NCBI GenBank assembly: GCA_048772705.1
Contig: JBLWGC010000180.1
Span: 92,709-156,708, forward strand
DNA from: Leidyana gryllorum EB-2025a
Lineage: Eukaryota; Protista; Apicomplexa
Length of the DNA stretch: 64,000 nucleotides
Direction of reading: 5' to 3'
Every line of letters starts with the position of its first letter. Position 1 is the stretch's first letter. The notes below the pieces were generated by a model, which saw nothing but the letters and a program-made list of their open reading frames with translations, was not told the DNA's origin and made no database searches. Shown piece after piece: positions 26,790-40,586 of the stretch. Position numbers and translations under genes: made by a program.

Positions 26790-28673
26790 CTACCACTCAA
26801 GTTCTTCGTCGGCAGCACAGAGGCCTCCACCACGAGTGGCACCTTGGCCCTCCTCGGCCATCTTCCGCAATGCCTCAAACGCGATCAAAGAATTATGGTT
26901 GTCAGACCTACCAAACTTCTTTGCTACAATACCACTGCTACTACCTACCATTCAACTCGCAAGGCGTAGTTATTCGCCAAGTCCATTTTGATGGCATGCA
27001 CATCCAAAGGCACCAGCCTAGGTGATTGGGAATCAAGAATTTCTCAATGGCTCACCTCGCGTTGAGCTTCGGGACCCCACTGAACTCGTCCACACATTCT
27101 GCGCACTTGCAGGCCAACCGCGCTTTGCGCCCTTCCACCATCGTCACATCATTGTTAGGCCACACCAGTTGAATCATTCCATCGGGAGTTGTGGAGACAT
27201 CCGGAGTACTGAGAGAGAGAGCTTAGCAGTAAGGAGATTTGGCGACTCACCGGTCGCCTCCGAATGCAATCGAACTGAGCTCTCTTGCCACACCTTCCGT
27301 CATTTCGCGGAAACTTCGCCACAAGTCTAATTTCTCATCGAAGACGAGAGAGAAGGGAAAGCGAGTGGTGTTCGAGGAATCTATGAAACGGACCGCTGAC
27401 AGATATGGCGAGAGAGGTAGTCGGAAGTGGTATCCAACACCATAGAGCTCCAGCAAGCGACCCAACGGTTTCTGCTGCATATTGCTGGCATCTCCGCCTT
27501 CGAGAGGAACAAGTATACCCGCTGTTCCACTCCTACCCAGCAAAGTGTTGGTCTGTTTGGAAGTTTTATGGCATCCGCACTGGTCGGTGGCCTCGGAAGG
27601 GGCCGTCGTCGGCGAAGATTCTGGCACATCGAAAGGCAGCGCCATGCTGGATCGGAAGAGTTCCGTTTCTTTGCCACACTCCGGGCACATCATGTATGCC
27701 ATGTTTTCAACAATAGCCAGAGTTGGAATGTTGAGTTTATTGAAGAAGTTGATCCCTTTCTCCACGTCAATTAGGCTCAGTCTCTGGGGAGTCGTCACCA
27801 CGATGGCTCCAGTGACCTTGATTGACTGACTGATTGTCAGGTGGATGTCTCCTGTGCCGGGGGGCAGATCCAGCAGAAGGTAGTCCAGGTCCCCCCATGC
27901 GGTTTGGGTGACCATCTGATAAACAAGCCCAGAGGCGAGTGGGCCGCGCACCGCTGCGTATGCCTCAGCTCCTGGACGGAAGTAGCTGTAGCTCATTAAT
28001 TTAACGCCTTGGTGTTCACACGGCACCAGAGACCCTTCCCCTTTCGACAAACTTTCCTTGATCGAATCGGTGGATTCTGGTGGACGGAAGTAAACCTGTG
28101 GCTCCTCGATGGGGATGAGAGAGTGCATAGACGGGCCGTACACGTCACAATCACATATTCCGACTTTAGCACCCATGCGGCTCAACATGAAACCGAGGTT
28201 GACCGCTATTGAGCTCTTCCCTACACCTCCTTTGCAACTCGACACAGCGAGAATGAAAGACACTTTGCTCAAGTTCTTCGCTGCATCGCCCGGAAACTGG
28301 AGACACCTCAATAGTGTTGTATTAAACTCAAGATTACCTGCTTTGACTGAGAGGCTTGAGCAGAAAGTGTGATATCAACTTTCTGCACCCAGTCCAATTC
28401 CTTCAAGAGTGCTGTACATTGATTCACAAACTCCTCCTTCATAGGGCAGGCAGGAGTTGTCAACTCCAGGGTGAACTCAACATGACCCTTATCATAGTCA
28501 AACTTGAGTGCTTTGATGAAGTTGCAGCTAACTATGTCCTTGTGCAAATCTGGATCAATTACTCGCCTCAATTGCATGAGGATTTGCTCCCTGAGCACCA
28601 TGGGATCCTTATAGAGGGGCACAGCTGGCCCTGCTTCCTCGAAGACGCCATCTGCACCATGGGGCCCCAGCAT
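26790..28673 (-). CDS. HCF101: HCF101-type Fe-S cluster carrier (DUF59 + Mrp/NBP35 P-loop + DUF971)
   Basis: LRRVIDPDLHKDIV..LELTTPACP; SCKGGVGKS, DLPPGTGD, CPECG. The manually spliced C-terminus reads RLACKCAECVDEFSG..NNYALRVEWSDNH...EELEW*. Confidence 0.88.
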
Positions 28674-28689
28674 TTCCCGCTTTTTTTGG

Positions 28690-29480
28690 ATGTCTAAGTT
28701 GTTCGCCACACTCCAACCGGAAGAAGATATTGAGGAAGACGAGTATCAGCCACCCCCTATAAACGCAGCAGAGCTCCTCAAACGTCGACTGAGAGATGAG
28801 GAGTCAGAGGACGACTTTAGTTTGTCAGAGCATCACGTGAATCAGACAACCACCAACAGCTGGCTGCCACCCCCACAGAAAAAGATGAGGAGGCTGGAGG
28901 GATCGGAGCAGCTACGAGAGGGAGTGACCGTTAGCAAGGCTTCTCCCGCCGTCCCAGACTCAGCCCCAGATGAACAGCAAAATATATCATCTCCACCCGA
29001 CTCTGATGAGGAAAGGTCGGATGAGTCGAGAAAAGGAGACAACACCGCTCTTGTTGAGGGTTACTCAGACGATGACAGTGAGTCTGAGAAGACGCCTGGG
29101 GATCAAGAGAAAGAAGCACTATCCCACTCTGTGAGAAGACAACTGGGTCTCAAAGGTGCGGAGGAAATACAGTTGACCACGCTCTCTGCTGCCTCTCTGC
29201 GCGATTCCGACTGGTGAGAGATTTCAAGTGTATTTCGGTCATTGTCATGCCATAGGCAACATTCATCCGAGAGTTGGTCTGCCACCCAGACAGCCGTAGA
29301 TTCAGGCCGACTGCAGAAGCAGAAACACCAGGTAAATGCGGATTTGGTCTCTCAAGTAAGATAACCTCTCAGATAACGTGGTTGGCCGGAAAAGTGATTG
29401 AGGATGAGAAAGAGATCGAAGCTAAGGCAGCCAGAATGCGTGACGCTAAAAGACAAACTCGTCGTCGTTATGGCTGGTAG
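28690..29480 (+). CDS. PRCC: PRCC-family protein
   Basis: The C-terminal QITWLA...KRQTRRRYGW matches the PRCC C-terminal motif, after an acidic low-complexity N-terminus. Confidence 0.7.
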
Positions 29481-29923
29481 ACACGACCGAGAAGTGAGCA
29501 TCTCACTCCCATCTCATAGGCTCGTGCGTGGGAGCCGACGAACAACCGGGGTTCGTTGAGTCCGCCTCGCCGCAGCAGTCCCTAGAATGGAGTTAAGCAG
29601 CAGACTTGGCTCGCCAGACTGACCAGTAGCGTCCGTCGAATCCTCGACAGGCTGGCACTTCCTCAGTAGCTGCATAGTATTTCTCACCCTCAGGATGGTA
29701 GCGCCAAACGTATGGCTGAGGGTGATATATGCAGGGCCCCTCCCTCTCGCATGGGAGTTGAGCTGCACAACGCCTGCAGAATGTCATTTGGGCGCTAGGT
29801 GGCGGTTTTGTGGGTAGAGTCGCACACACGGATGTCTCGTAGGGGCCTCGAAAAGACAATATCACTGTAACTCACTCATCTCACTCTTTCTTCTTCGTCG
29901 CCTTTTTGAACTTCTTGGCAGCA

Positions 29924-30814
29924 ATGTCTCGCGAGGGTGTGAAGCCGGATGTGCTGACTTCCGAGTCTACTCCCTTGGAACGTGCTCTGTTCAAGTGTCG
30001 CATGGCCGAGAATGCCGAACGCTTCGACGACATGGTCTTGAGCGTGAAAGAGGTGTGCAAGTTAACTGACGGTGCGCTTGGCGCAAATGAGCGCAACTAC
30101 CTGTCCGTCGCCTACAAGAACTCAGTTGCTACCCGGCGTGCTGCTCTGCGATGCGTTGCCTCCATGAAGACGCGGTATGAGGCGCGTGGGGCGACAGTCA
30201 ACGTTGAGGCTGTGACCGAATACTACAACTTCCTCGTTGAGGAGCTGGAGAAAATCTGTAAGGATGTGATCGACTTGGTCAACAACGAAGTGATGCCCGA
30301 GCGGATCCTCAGCCAGCTGCCGGATGACCGCAGCACACGGGAATTTAAGGTGTTCTTCATCAAAATCAACGCCGACTACTACCGCTATCTAGCCGAGTTT
30401 GCCGAAGGGAAGAAGAGGGACGAAGCAATTGCCAACGCCGCGAAGTACTATGAGGAAGCTGTCAAGGTTGCTTGTGAACCCAAAGACGGTGGTGATGATA
30501 GCGTGGTACTTCCGCCTCCCCATCCTATTCGACTTGGTCTCTTCCTTAACTATTCTGTTTTCCTGTACGAAATCCAGGAGAAGCCGGATGAGGCGAAAAA
30601 GATTGCTAAGCAAGCTTTCGATGATGCCCTGGACAAGCTCGACACGGCTGGAGAAATGGAGTACAAAGACTCGACCCTCATTCTGCAACTTCTCCGGGAC
30701 AATAGCACTCTGTGGAGCGCTCAAGACGGACTGGCGGCAGACAATGGCGCAGAAGGTGCTCCTCCGGCCGCAGCTAACGGCCAAGCACCTCATGTTGGAG
30801 CCCCCGCCTCGTAG
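29924..30814 (+). CDS. 14-3-3 protein
   Basis: AENAERFDDM, ERNYLSVAYKN, ADYYRYLAE, HPIRLGLFLNYSVF, YKDSTLILQLLRDN. Confidence 0.96.
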   Translation: MSREGVKPDVLTSESTPLERALFKCRMAENAERFDDMVLSVKEVCKLTDGALGANERNYLSVAYKNSVATRRAALRCVASMKTRYEARGATVNVEAVTEYYNFLVEELEKICKDVIDLVNNEVMPERILSQLPDDRSTREFKVFFIKINADYYRYLAEFAEGKKRDEAIANAAKYYEEAVKVACEPKDGGDDSVVLPPPHPIRLGLFLNYSVFLYEIQEKPDEAKKIAKQAFDDALDKLDTAGEMEYKDSTLILQLLRDNSTLWSAQDGLAADNGAEGAPPAAANGQAPHVGAPAS

Positions 30815-31045
30815 ATACATTTTGCCACACGAGTGTAGCCAACAGAGCCGGACGCGGGGCTTCAAGTTAATATGATCTCCGCACCACCTAGACTGAGTCG
30901 CCTATTTGACTCATGCGACCAACCTCCAACTTTTACATTGCTCGTTCGCTAATACTTCCTTCCTTGACCTAGATCTCTAACTATTCATCTGCCGTAGAAG
31001 ACTTAGAATAAATCTGTTTTGTTCATTCCTTCCTAAACTCAGTTA

Positions 31046-33185
31046 TTACAGTTCTCGCATTATCATCAGGATCTCATCGATATGTGCAAGAGAGCTTTCC
31101 AATATGTCCTCGGCTATCTCGCGCTGTGTTTGTTGGCGACTTTCTGACTCTGACAGATTGTGTGCTTGTAGTGCGAGGGCCTGCAGCTTTTCGACCTCCA
31201 CGGACTTCCTCTCCATCAAGTTGAGGATGGTGTGACAAAGAAAGTTCAAAACTGCGTCCCAAGCTGTTTCTTCTCGAGCACCGTACACCCAGCAATGTTT
31301 AGCGGGGGTTTGACCAGCCGAAGGAGGAACAGCACCAACAACGTCAGCTGCATGAGCTCTCAAGAATCCCGATTCAGCCAATTCAGCCAAATGGCGACGT
31401 GCGTCTGGTGGAGAGACCAAAGCTATGTCGCTCACTTCTTGATCATTCCAGAATCTGCCGTAGCGAAGGAAAGTTGCAGTCTCATTCGCCCCAGTGTTCG
31501 GCATTCCCGCGTCCTTGAGGATCTGTGAGCCTTTCATGTCGTTGTCCAACACCAATGTGTAGACGCGAGCTGCATTCTCCCCGAATCGACTCACGATACA
31601 TCTGTGCTTGACAATGGAAAACTCTGCTGATACCCCCGACTTACTGTCGCACGATTCTCCTTTTCAAGATCGCTGTCACTTGTTTCCAGTCGAGCTCATA
31701 TGCGTTGCCACTGTCTGTGAAGGGAAGGACGACGAGAGAGAGTGAGCCGCGGCCACACTTTACTCACCTCTTTGAATGGAGCGCACGAAACGGTCGGAAT
31801 TGGTGCAGAGCCCATCGAGCTGCTTGTAAAACCTGTCGCTGTCCGGAAGCTCAATGCGGACGTCGGATCCATTCTTCTGATACTCTTTATTTTGAGCCTC
31901 AATCAATTGAATAGTGGTACCGGCCAATTGCTCGAATCCCATTCCCTCTGTTCATGAGTTTATGAGTACAGCTCAGAAGTTTCATTCTCACGAGTGTCAA
32001 GGTGACTGTCACGCCATCTCAGAGACTGTAACAGCGCTCTGATGATCATTCTTCTTTCCAATCGTTCTCCCGATCGGAATGCCACGAAGTTCTCAGCAGT
32101 CTGCAGAGACATTCGACTTCTGACAGTGGTCAACTCGCTCACCCTTTTGTATAGCTCCACATTCAGCCTCATCAAATTGACCTGGAAGACGTGCTTGGGG
32201 TCGACACTCGCAAAGCTCTCATCTGCCGGTTGGGAGTTCTTTGCTTTCGACTCCCCTGCCCCCGCGGGCTTCTTCTCATCATCGACTCGGGGCATCTTTC
32301 GTGACGCCGCGGCATCGATGGCAGCCCCGAATATGCCCTCCTCCTCGTCGAACCGATGGGAGGTTGATATAGATGACAATGAGACTGCTTCATGATCCCG
32401 TTTGCGTCCTGCTCTTTTCTTCACTGGTGGCCCAGTTTGTTGGCGGGCAGATGCGCTGCTCTCTGCTTCTTCTCGCCCCCGACGAAATCGAGATATGGTC
32501 TTGGGGACAGCCTTCGGAGCAGTCTCCACAGCTTTGGAGAGCCGAAGCTGGTCATCGATGGTGGAGACACGGGCGATCAACATAGATTCGAGCATTTGTG
32601 CAAAAACCTCCTTCAGCCGAGTGAGGTGAATATCCGCTGAAGATTGAGGTTTTTCACCACCTTCAAATATCTCCTCTAGTTGTTGGACTGTCAAATCATA
32701 CTTTGATCACCGGAAACATGAATCTCACTTACAGTCTTGAGATGCCCCGCGTAAGATATCTTCCTGTTTCATCATCCCGTTCTTCAAGAGCTGAAGGAGA
32801 AGCAGTCTCCCGGCGCGTCCAAACCTCCCTTCGGCATATAAAAGGTATCGACCAAAGCGTAAGCGGTTAAGCACTGCATCCTTGTTTAGAGAGTATTTGG
32901 TTAAGGCCGTAACAGAGTCGTCTTCGCTTCCAGCGGTTCTCTCGAATTGCAGATTGACCACTATCGGGTCGTATATGATGAGATGCGAGTGACAGCACAC
33001 TCACCTCCGTGACGGTATAGGACCAATAAGCAGTTTTGGAGTGTGGGCCAATCAAGTTTGGATACATATAATAAATCGCCGATGAAACTTGAGCCTTTTT
33101 GTTGTAACAAACACACTACTAAGCTTGCCGTGGGTCCGAATGCTTCCTTGACTAGCCTTTGAACCAGGACCGTCTCGAATGACAT
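31046..33185 (-). CDS. RPC3: RNA polymerase III subunit RPC3 (Rpc82), multi-exon
   Basis: N-terminal winged-helix EAFGPTASLVVCLL..G...LQNCLLVLYRHG, LNRLRFGRYL..RFG..LLKNG, and a C-terminal coiled coil. Confidence 0.8.
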
Positions 33186-33194
33186 GAAAATAAT

Positions 33195-34098
33195 TTATAT
33201 ACCCTGCAGCCTCCGCGCTTCAGCTTTGAGAGATTTCAGCTCCAGCCATAATTCACGTTTCCGCGTCTCGTCAGCAGGAGTTGCTGCAGAGGTCTGACGC
33301 CGCGTCCGCTTTGTACGCTTATGATGAGAGGTGGACCGTGACTTTGAAGATGGCTGTCCAGCAGCTGTTCCGTACACAAGTAATTTACTCACTCGTCTGC
33401 CACTTTGCGGTATACTCGAGGTATCTCCTTCCTTATTAGAGAGCTCATTCCCAACCCCATCGAAAAATTGAGTTTGAGTGGAGGGAGCCTCCACCTCGTC
33501 CTTCACGCTTTCCGCTTTCATTGCCTTCCGTCTTTCCAGCTCGGCTTCGATGTCCGCCAGCGATTGAGGGCGTTCTCCTTCGTCAGCGAATACTTCATAG
33601 TTTGAAGCGTGGTCAACCCTCAAATTCCTAATGACAGCAACCATTCCTTTCGTACCATGACACCAAATTCCCACCTGTCAGCCACACGGATTCCATTAGC
33701 ATTATCCACAGCCAACACTGTACTTCGCTGATCTTCGTACCCCAGAAAACAAAAGCCTCGACTTTCTCCAGTCTCACGATCGCGCACCAGATTGATGTCC
33801 ACAATCTGCCTTAAAAAGTGTAAGACAGCCTCAGACGCATACTCAAATCTCACCTCTCCCCACTCTGAGAACACTATTATCACATCCCCTTCGGTCAGGT
33901 CTCGATTCAAGCCGCCGATGAAAATATAACAGCTGTCCTTGTGCTGCACAGCGAAATATACTGATGTGCGTGAGAGGGCCTTACGGTGTCATGGAAGCTG
34001 GTTGATAGAGGGTTCTTCAATTGCAGTTCACTTAGCTCTTTGGTCTTGGCAATGTCGTAGCCTGGGCCGTGGACACCCAATGAGGCAGTAGAGCTCAT
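33195..34098 (-). CDS. RBMX2: RES-complex RRM protein RBMX2/Snu17/Ist3
   Basis: [56 protein letters not shown]...RVDH. Confidence 0.88.
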
Positions 34099-34126
34099 TG
34101 AAATTCTTTTGTTCTGTCAATATGCA

Positions 34127-35506
34127 ATGGACACCCAATCAGACTTTGTGACAGTCAGTGAAGCGGAATGGTTGAGAGGAGTGCAGAATTCGTACGAGAG
34201 AATTGTGAGGCCAGATGAGGTGTCTTCAGGTATCGGATGCACCGTGCGTCTGTGACAACCATACCCTCTCAAGGCACTTTTGAGATATCTCGGCAAGCCA
34301 TCCCCACTGGAGTTGAGGAGAGTCAATGGGCATATATTCTGTCGCTGATACGTAATATCACGGAGACCAGGAGTGTGCGGGGGAAACAAGCCCGCTTGAC
34401 CCTATGGGAAGTGTTGGAGGTCTTTGACATGGTAAATGGTATGCAATCCGGTGGACAGTCTTTGGCCATGCACAACACACTGTCCGAGAGCTGAGCACTC
34501 AGTGTCCCTTTGCAGATGCTGTGTTCTTACTGCGTGTCTCGCGGGCTGTTTTGGAGAGTCGCAGTCGGGGTGATCTCGAGGATAAGAAGAACCTCCCCAT
34601 CGGCCAGACTGGTGAGTCGTGTAACTCAATCTTTCGAAATGCGAGCGAGCAGCAATGTTTTGCTTGATGTGCGTGTATTGGATAGCCTTGGTTTCGTACT
34701 GTACGCGTCACAGATGGATATATCATCGCATTCCACATCAAGGTGGGCCGTCTGACTGTCACTGATTCACTTTAATCACCCTTAGATCAAGGTCTCTTCG
34801 TTCCATTGCTGTCTTTGGTCAGAATAAAGCAAGCTGGCGTGGACCCAATGAAAGTGAATAGTTTGTTCATGTTTGAGCGAATAGTTTGGACCTATCAAGT
34901 GGTAATGCGGATCTTCGAGGATGTGCCGCAGGTTATAATCTCCACTCTGTTCCTGATCAACTACCGGCGAGACCCCCATGTGAGCTGACCACTATATGCA
35001 GACGTCTATTACTCGGTAGACATACTTCATGATCGCGTACTCCATCAGCCTGCTACTGCTAACGTCGTACCGAATGGGGACTCAATATCCCCTCCTCCGA
35101 ACCATAACTCTGCTCTTCTCTCGGCGCCCGCCGGTTGACTCTCCCGTCTTGGAGGAGGCAGCCCCCACCACGCGTCACTTTGCGCTGCTCATGTCAGGAG
35201 GTAGGGTATTACATGTCAAGACGACCGCAACGCGTCTCCACAGCTTTCGCATCGTGGTCCATGTGTCACGGAGCTTGCGCTTTCACCCTTACACATCGAT
35301 TGTGGAGAGCATGTAAGAGTTTGATGTGGGGCGATTTATCAGGCTTCAGGGTGCCGTATTCTGTGTTTGGGATCGGCGGGACTATCTGTTCTGTTTGGTG
35401 TGCAATGGGGATACTTGATGCATCGCGCTTCGTTCAACGAAGGACTGGAGATGAGTCGAGAGGAGGACACATTCCTCTTATTCGAGCCTCGCGCGAGCGT
35501 AACTGA
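34127..35506 (+). CDS. Multi-TM membrane protein, XK-related-like
   Basis: RIFEDVPQVII motif (ExxPQ) within hydrophobic exons. The exon structure is uncertain. Confidence 0.45.
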
Positions 35507-35526
35507 AGCTAGGAAAAATTGGAAAA

Positions 35527-36581
35527 ATGGAATTACCCTATCAATGCGACGTGATTCGACAACTTGACGTGTCCTCAGTGGTCGTGGGGTGTTATGAACA
35601 CAGACCGGATACTAACAAGAGAGTGGGAGGGCTACAAACGGTCCAACTGGATCCTGAGGGTGATTTTTTGAAGCCGTCTTCCCCGTTTCACGAAACATCC
35701 TGTGGCATATATGACCTGACCATCAGTCACAATCAGCTCGAGGATTCTTATCACACGTTGAGGGTTGCCACATCGAATTGCACATTAGGGGTCTTGAAAC
35801 TCACAAAGGGGTGCTTGAATGACGGAGACTTGTCATCCTACACCTTCTTGGACACAATGGAGGAATCAGTCTCGTTGCAGGAGGAAGAGGCCGGCTGCTA
35901 TGTTGCCACTTCAGTCAGCCATAATTCCAACACAGAGTGAGAAGCAACTTCGGGAGTATATACGCTCGCAGTCGGACCCTCATAACATCTTCTAATGGCG
36001 TTTGGGCTATCGCTTCAGGACTCGATTATGTCCAGCAAATGAAAGGGCACCAGATGGAGGTATGGAGTGGTGAGTGGCTGCCGAACCCGCATACTTTCGC
36101 CACGGGGGGTGAAGACCAGTGTCTCAAATTCTGGGATACCCGCCAAGCTGAGACAACGCATACTCTCGATCGGTAAGAAGGTGCTGTGGGATGGTACCAG
36201 ACAATTCGTAGGCGTGTTTTTGATGCTGGAGTTGTCTGCATACGCTCTTTGGAGTCAAAACCCGAATGGCTACTGACGGGGTGCTATGACGACCGTGTCA
36301 GATTATTTGATTTGCGGAACCTCTCTGTCCCGCTCTTGCAAACCCAGGCGGATGGTGCCATTTGGGATATATGTTGCGTCTCAGGCAACGAATTTGTGGC
36401 GGCGAATAACTACGCTGGAGTCACTCTGTGGGCTTTTGGACCTGAGCTCACTCAAAAGCAAGTGCTCATTGCACCGAGGACACCCGAGTCCCTATACTAC
36501 GGGACGGCGTGGCTCGAGCAGCGCAGATGTATTTTGGCTTCTTCGTTCTATGATCGTAATGTGGAAATGACGAAAATATGA
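35527..36581 (+). CDS. DPH7: WD40 protein, diphthine methylesterase DPH7/WDR85-like
   Basis: VVGCYE, HQMEVW, TGGED..LKFWDTR, FDAGVVCI, TGCYDDRVRLFDLRN, ESLYYG..W, SSFYDR. Confidence 0.8.
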
Positions 36582-36584
36582 TAT

Positions 36585-39500
36585 TTATATGGATGGTTCC
36601 GGTCTCGGCGTTCCGTCAACGCCACCCTCTTCCACTGAACGGGATGTCGGATCTGTACCCAGTGGTCCATTCCAATCTGGCGACCGTCTGTTGATCTGTA
36701 CATCTCGAAGACACCAACACTCTTCAGACGCCACCCGAGGGGCATTCTCAGCCTCCAGAGCCACACAATATTCGTCCACCACAACAGTGATTGGCGCTAC
36801 ACCGCATACTTCTGCTGAAGATTCTGGAAGTGTCTCTTGGACTCTGTCGGCTTCGGCGTGCTCAACATCCAGCTCTTCAGCTGGTGACTCACACGGAGAA
36901 GACTCGTTCACTTTTGATTCAGCTTCATCGGGGCTGGAGGGTGCGCTATAATTCGGTGGCCGGGGATTCAATTGTTCGCCCACAGCCGGCGACGGTGTTG
37001 CAACAACATCATCAGCAGGGGACTGCGACACCGACGACGCATGGTCTGTCCAAGATCCGCTATTGCCCCCTCCTGGATGCCGGGGGGACAAACCGGTCCA
37101 ATGCCGGATATTCTCGGTGGCTCGCTTTGCAGATTTCATGAATCCCTTCCGCTTCTGCCGCAATTTTGTCCTAAGGCTCTTGGTCTGAGGCGTCTGAGGC
37201 GACTTGTGATCATCAGTCGCCACGGGTGGCGGGGTTGGGCGGGTATCCTCTGCGATCGCCTCTGAACTCTCCTCCGGAAGCTTAGGCGTTGAGTCCTCTG
37301 CTACAAGTTCCGCTGTGTGGGTGACGCTGCCGTCTTCTTCTGCTGTGACGATAGCATTCTCGTCGCTCGATGGTCCTGCGGAGGGGCTCTCGTGTGCTGC
37401 AATCCTCTCTGCACATCTAAGAAGGGTTTTTTCAAACTTCTGGCCACAATGTAAGCAAGTCCAAATCTCTGTGACCACGACAGGCTCAGGCATCCTGCAC
37501 ATGTGAGCGCCTCTGTCACTCCACCCATCAGTCTCCCCGCTGGCACTATGCTGTGTCTCGACATTAAGATCGCCTCCCTTACTCCTGCTGTGTTTTCTGA
37601 TCTTCTTTGCCTTCTTCCGCCTGCGTCCCGGAGTGGTATCGCCCGCTTCGGCAGCTTGTGTCGTAATGTTTGAAGGATCACACTCGGGACATAAGCCATA
37701 TTCTGGGCTTCCCTCAAGTATCCGGTGAAGCACTGCGTCTTCACGAACAATAGAGATCCTCGCAAGCGGATTCTCGCTGTCGCGGACGAGACAGGCAGCT
37801 CTCAATGCGTTCAGAAGCTTTTCCTCGTGTTGGCCGCTCAGATCCGCCTCTTGTATGGTTTGTTGGAAGGGAGCAGTGAGTACGGATCGTTGCGCGTGTT
37901 GGAATCCTTCAGTGTCAATAGTGCTCATTTGTTGGAAGTATGTGGTTATAATGGTTAGAACGTCATCCGATATATGGCTATTGTTGGATGCATGCTTGTT
38001 GGCCACTCGGCAGAAGCGAGTCCAGCAGTCAGGAGCAGCTCTCGTCATCTGAAGTGCTAACTGGGGAGCAGCAGTGAGCATAATGGCCAGTAGCTGCAAA
38101 CCCAACGCGGCTGTCTGTGGACAATCTTCCTCTGCCAAAACGCGGACTGCACAAATATCAATAGTCTCGGCTATGGCAAGTGGTTCCATGGCAGACGGGT
38201 GAGAAACGCAGAGTAACAGCCCGAGGCAGTCTACGATCAAATCCGGAGGCGACTCCACTGCCAGGAGCTGGTGGAGCCAAGGGTCTTCGGCCTCTTTGGA
38301 GTCCAGTACGCGGAGTATGCGTTCTCTCATTTTGCTATCGGACACTTGTGAAGCAGTGCGCTGGTGAGACACAGAGTCCGGATCTGCACCAGGGGTTGCA
38401 GACAAGAAAGCCCTCAACAGAGCGGTAACGGCACAAACCGGGACTCGCCAGTCGGCTGCTTCGTAAATTCGCACCTGGTCTAAGTCAAAAGACTCAGTGT
38501 CAGTCAAATGGTCGCATGATGAGGACAGCAGCGCGCTCTCTAAGTGTATAAGTCGTTGGCAGATTCGAGGGACAGCCGGACTCTCAAGACTACACGCCTC
38601 GTCAGCGATCTTTTCACGAGAATGTTGGCAAGCTCCGGGCCACCGCAACATGTCCTTATATAGCGCCTCAGTAATGATTCGTAGAATGTTCATGACGATG
38701 GTAGGTGTCCAGAGGTTCCGATCTGCCAGCAATTCTGCACATACTTGAGGTATCTCCAACGCATGATAGCTCTCTGCCGTAACCTCGTTGGAGAGGTAGT
38801 CACTATGTGTGTGCCGAAGTGAAGTCAACCATTGAGTTCGACTCTGAGTCGATGTATTGGCTCGCAATTTGGACACACAGAAACTGAGCTTCAGTTCCGC
38901 CAAGCTCACATCCTCTGGCCACTCTCCACTCATTGAGCACGTGTCATCACAGCCTGATTCTGCACGACTGAACTTCCGAGAGAAGAAAGACTTCTTTTGG
39001 CGAGCATGAGACTCAGGAGGGCCGAGCAACAGTGACGTGTTGGGAGAAGGCGGCGGAATGGTTATAGGTGGGGCATGTTGTACAGGCGGCGCGTCAGCAC
39101 GAGCTGTTGGGCCGCCGCCAGTCTGCGATCGTCCACATAACTTGGGAAGCATGTGCGAGCCCCAGCAGCAGCTGTTTGAATGGGACGATCGGCGAGTTTT
39201 TCTTCGTCTCTGGCGGCCACGACTAGGAAACATGGAGGATAAGCAGAAAGCATGCACGCATGTGGAACTGGCAACACTAGACTTGCGTTTTGAGTTTGCC
39301 TAACTGCTTGGTGGCAGCGGCTACCTCGTATTCCATTGACAAATGCTTCGCTTTATCGATCGCACGCTGAAGCTGATCCGCCGTCTGCGCCTTCCGCAAC
39401 TCATCTCTGAAGAAGAAAAGTTATGAAAGAGATTCAGGTTGGATTTGCCGATGTTCGACTTGGGAGCACTGGAGACAGACGATATGTAGCCCGACTTACC

Positions 39501-40461
39501 TAATTTCAGCCTGATCCTTCTCTTGTTTCACCAGATCGTGCCTTTCCTTAGCCCTGCGACTGCCTTGCGGCCCAAACCGCAGGAATGCCTCTTCATGAGG
39601 GTGCAGTGGTACTGGCCGCATTCCGCTGAAGTCGTAAGGGAACCGAGGTGGCGGTGGTGGTGGATGGTGAAAACCGAACAGCGGTGGACCAGTTCTATAC
39701 GGACCCATTGGAGGCATCATTTCAGGATAGAATATATTGCGGGCTGGGAAAGCAAACGATTGTTTGTACAAACCGGTCACTTACGCCTCATCTGGTGGAA
39801 TGGGGGGGAGCGCGTCCGCTGAGACTGCTTCGCTCGCTGACGGCTCTCTACAACGGCCCCATCTTTGGTCACTGCGAAGAAGATGTAGCCAAGTCGAGAA
39901 GCGAGGCCGCTTACCCTCGGCTTTTTCTGCTCCTGCTATTGCTGCATTGCTGCTCGTCACGGCACCGGCGTTGTTCGGGTCCCTGCGACAATCTCCGGCA
40001 CGTGAATCAAAACTTACTTTTTCGAGGCGGCCTTTTTTGCCTTGCGTTGACTTGCTACGCGTCGCTTGCGACGATTCTCAAGTGGAGGGGTGGCGGCCAG
40101 CTTCAGGAGATTTGCCTCCTCCAAAGCCTCTCGGGCCTCTCGAACGCTCGTGCTCTGTGGAGCACATGTTAGAACACAGAGCCGGTTGCTTTCTCACCAG
40201 ACTTTCAGAATCATCAGCGATCTTTGCTTCAATCTTTTCGAAGCACGTCTCAAGCTTCTGTTGCAGTGTTCGGAGGAGGTTGGCAGACACCGGGACTAGG
40301 TCAGATGGTAGAGTGGAGGCAGGTTCTTTGTTTGTCTCCTCTAGTTGCCCTTTTGAGTCCTCAGTAGTAGTCGAGCTCTTCTCTTCGTGTTCCTCCCCAG
40401 CGAGAGGGCTGGGTGGATCATTCATTGTGGGCGGCGCAACGGTGGCGTCGATCGCAGACAT
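36585..40461 (-). CDS. Large hypothetical protein with ARM-like helical core and low-complexity ends
   Basis: 890-aa ORF 36585-39257 plus upstream exons at 39496-39780 and 40078-40461. Confidence 0.55.
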
Positions 40462-40586
40462 TAGTTCCACTAAAAATCCAGCAGTATCCGACCCCAAAAG
40501 ACAGATTGTAAGAGTGTTGCGATTGAGCTGACGGAAAAAACGGACCCCAAAAGCTGTACAGGCAGCTAGACGCACACACTTTTCTA

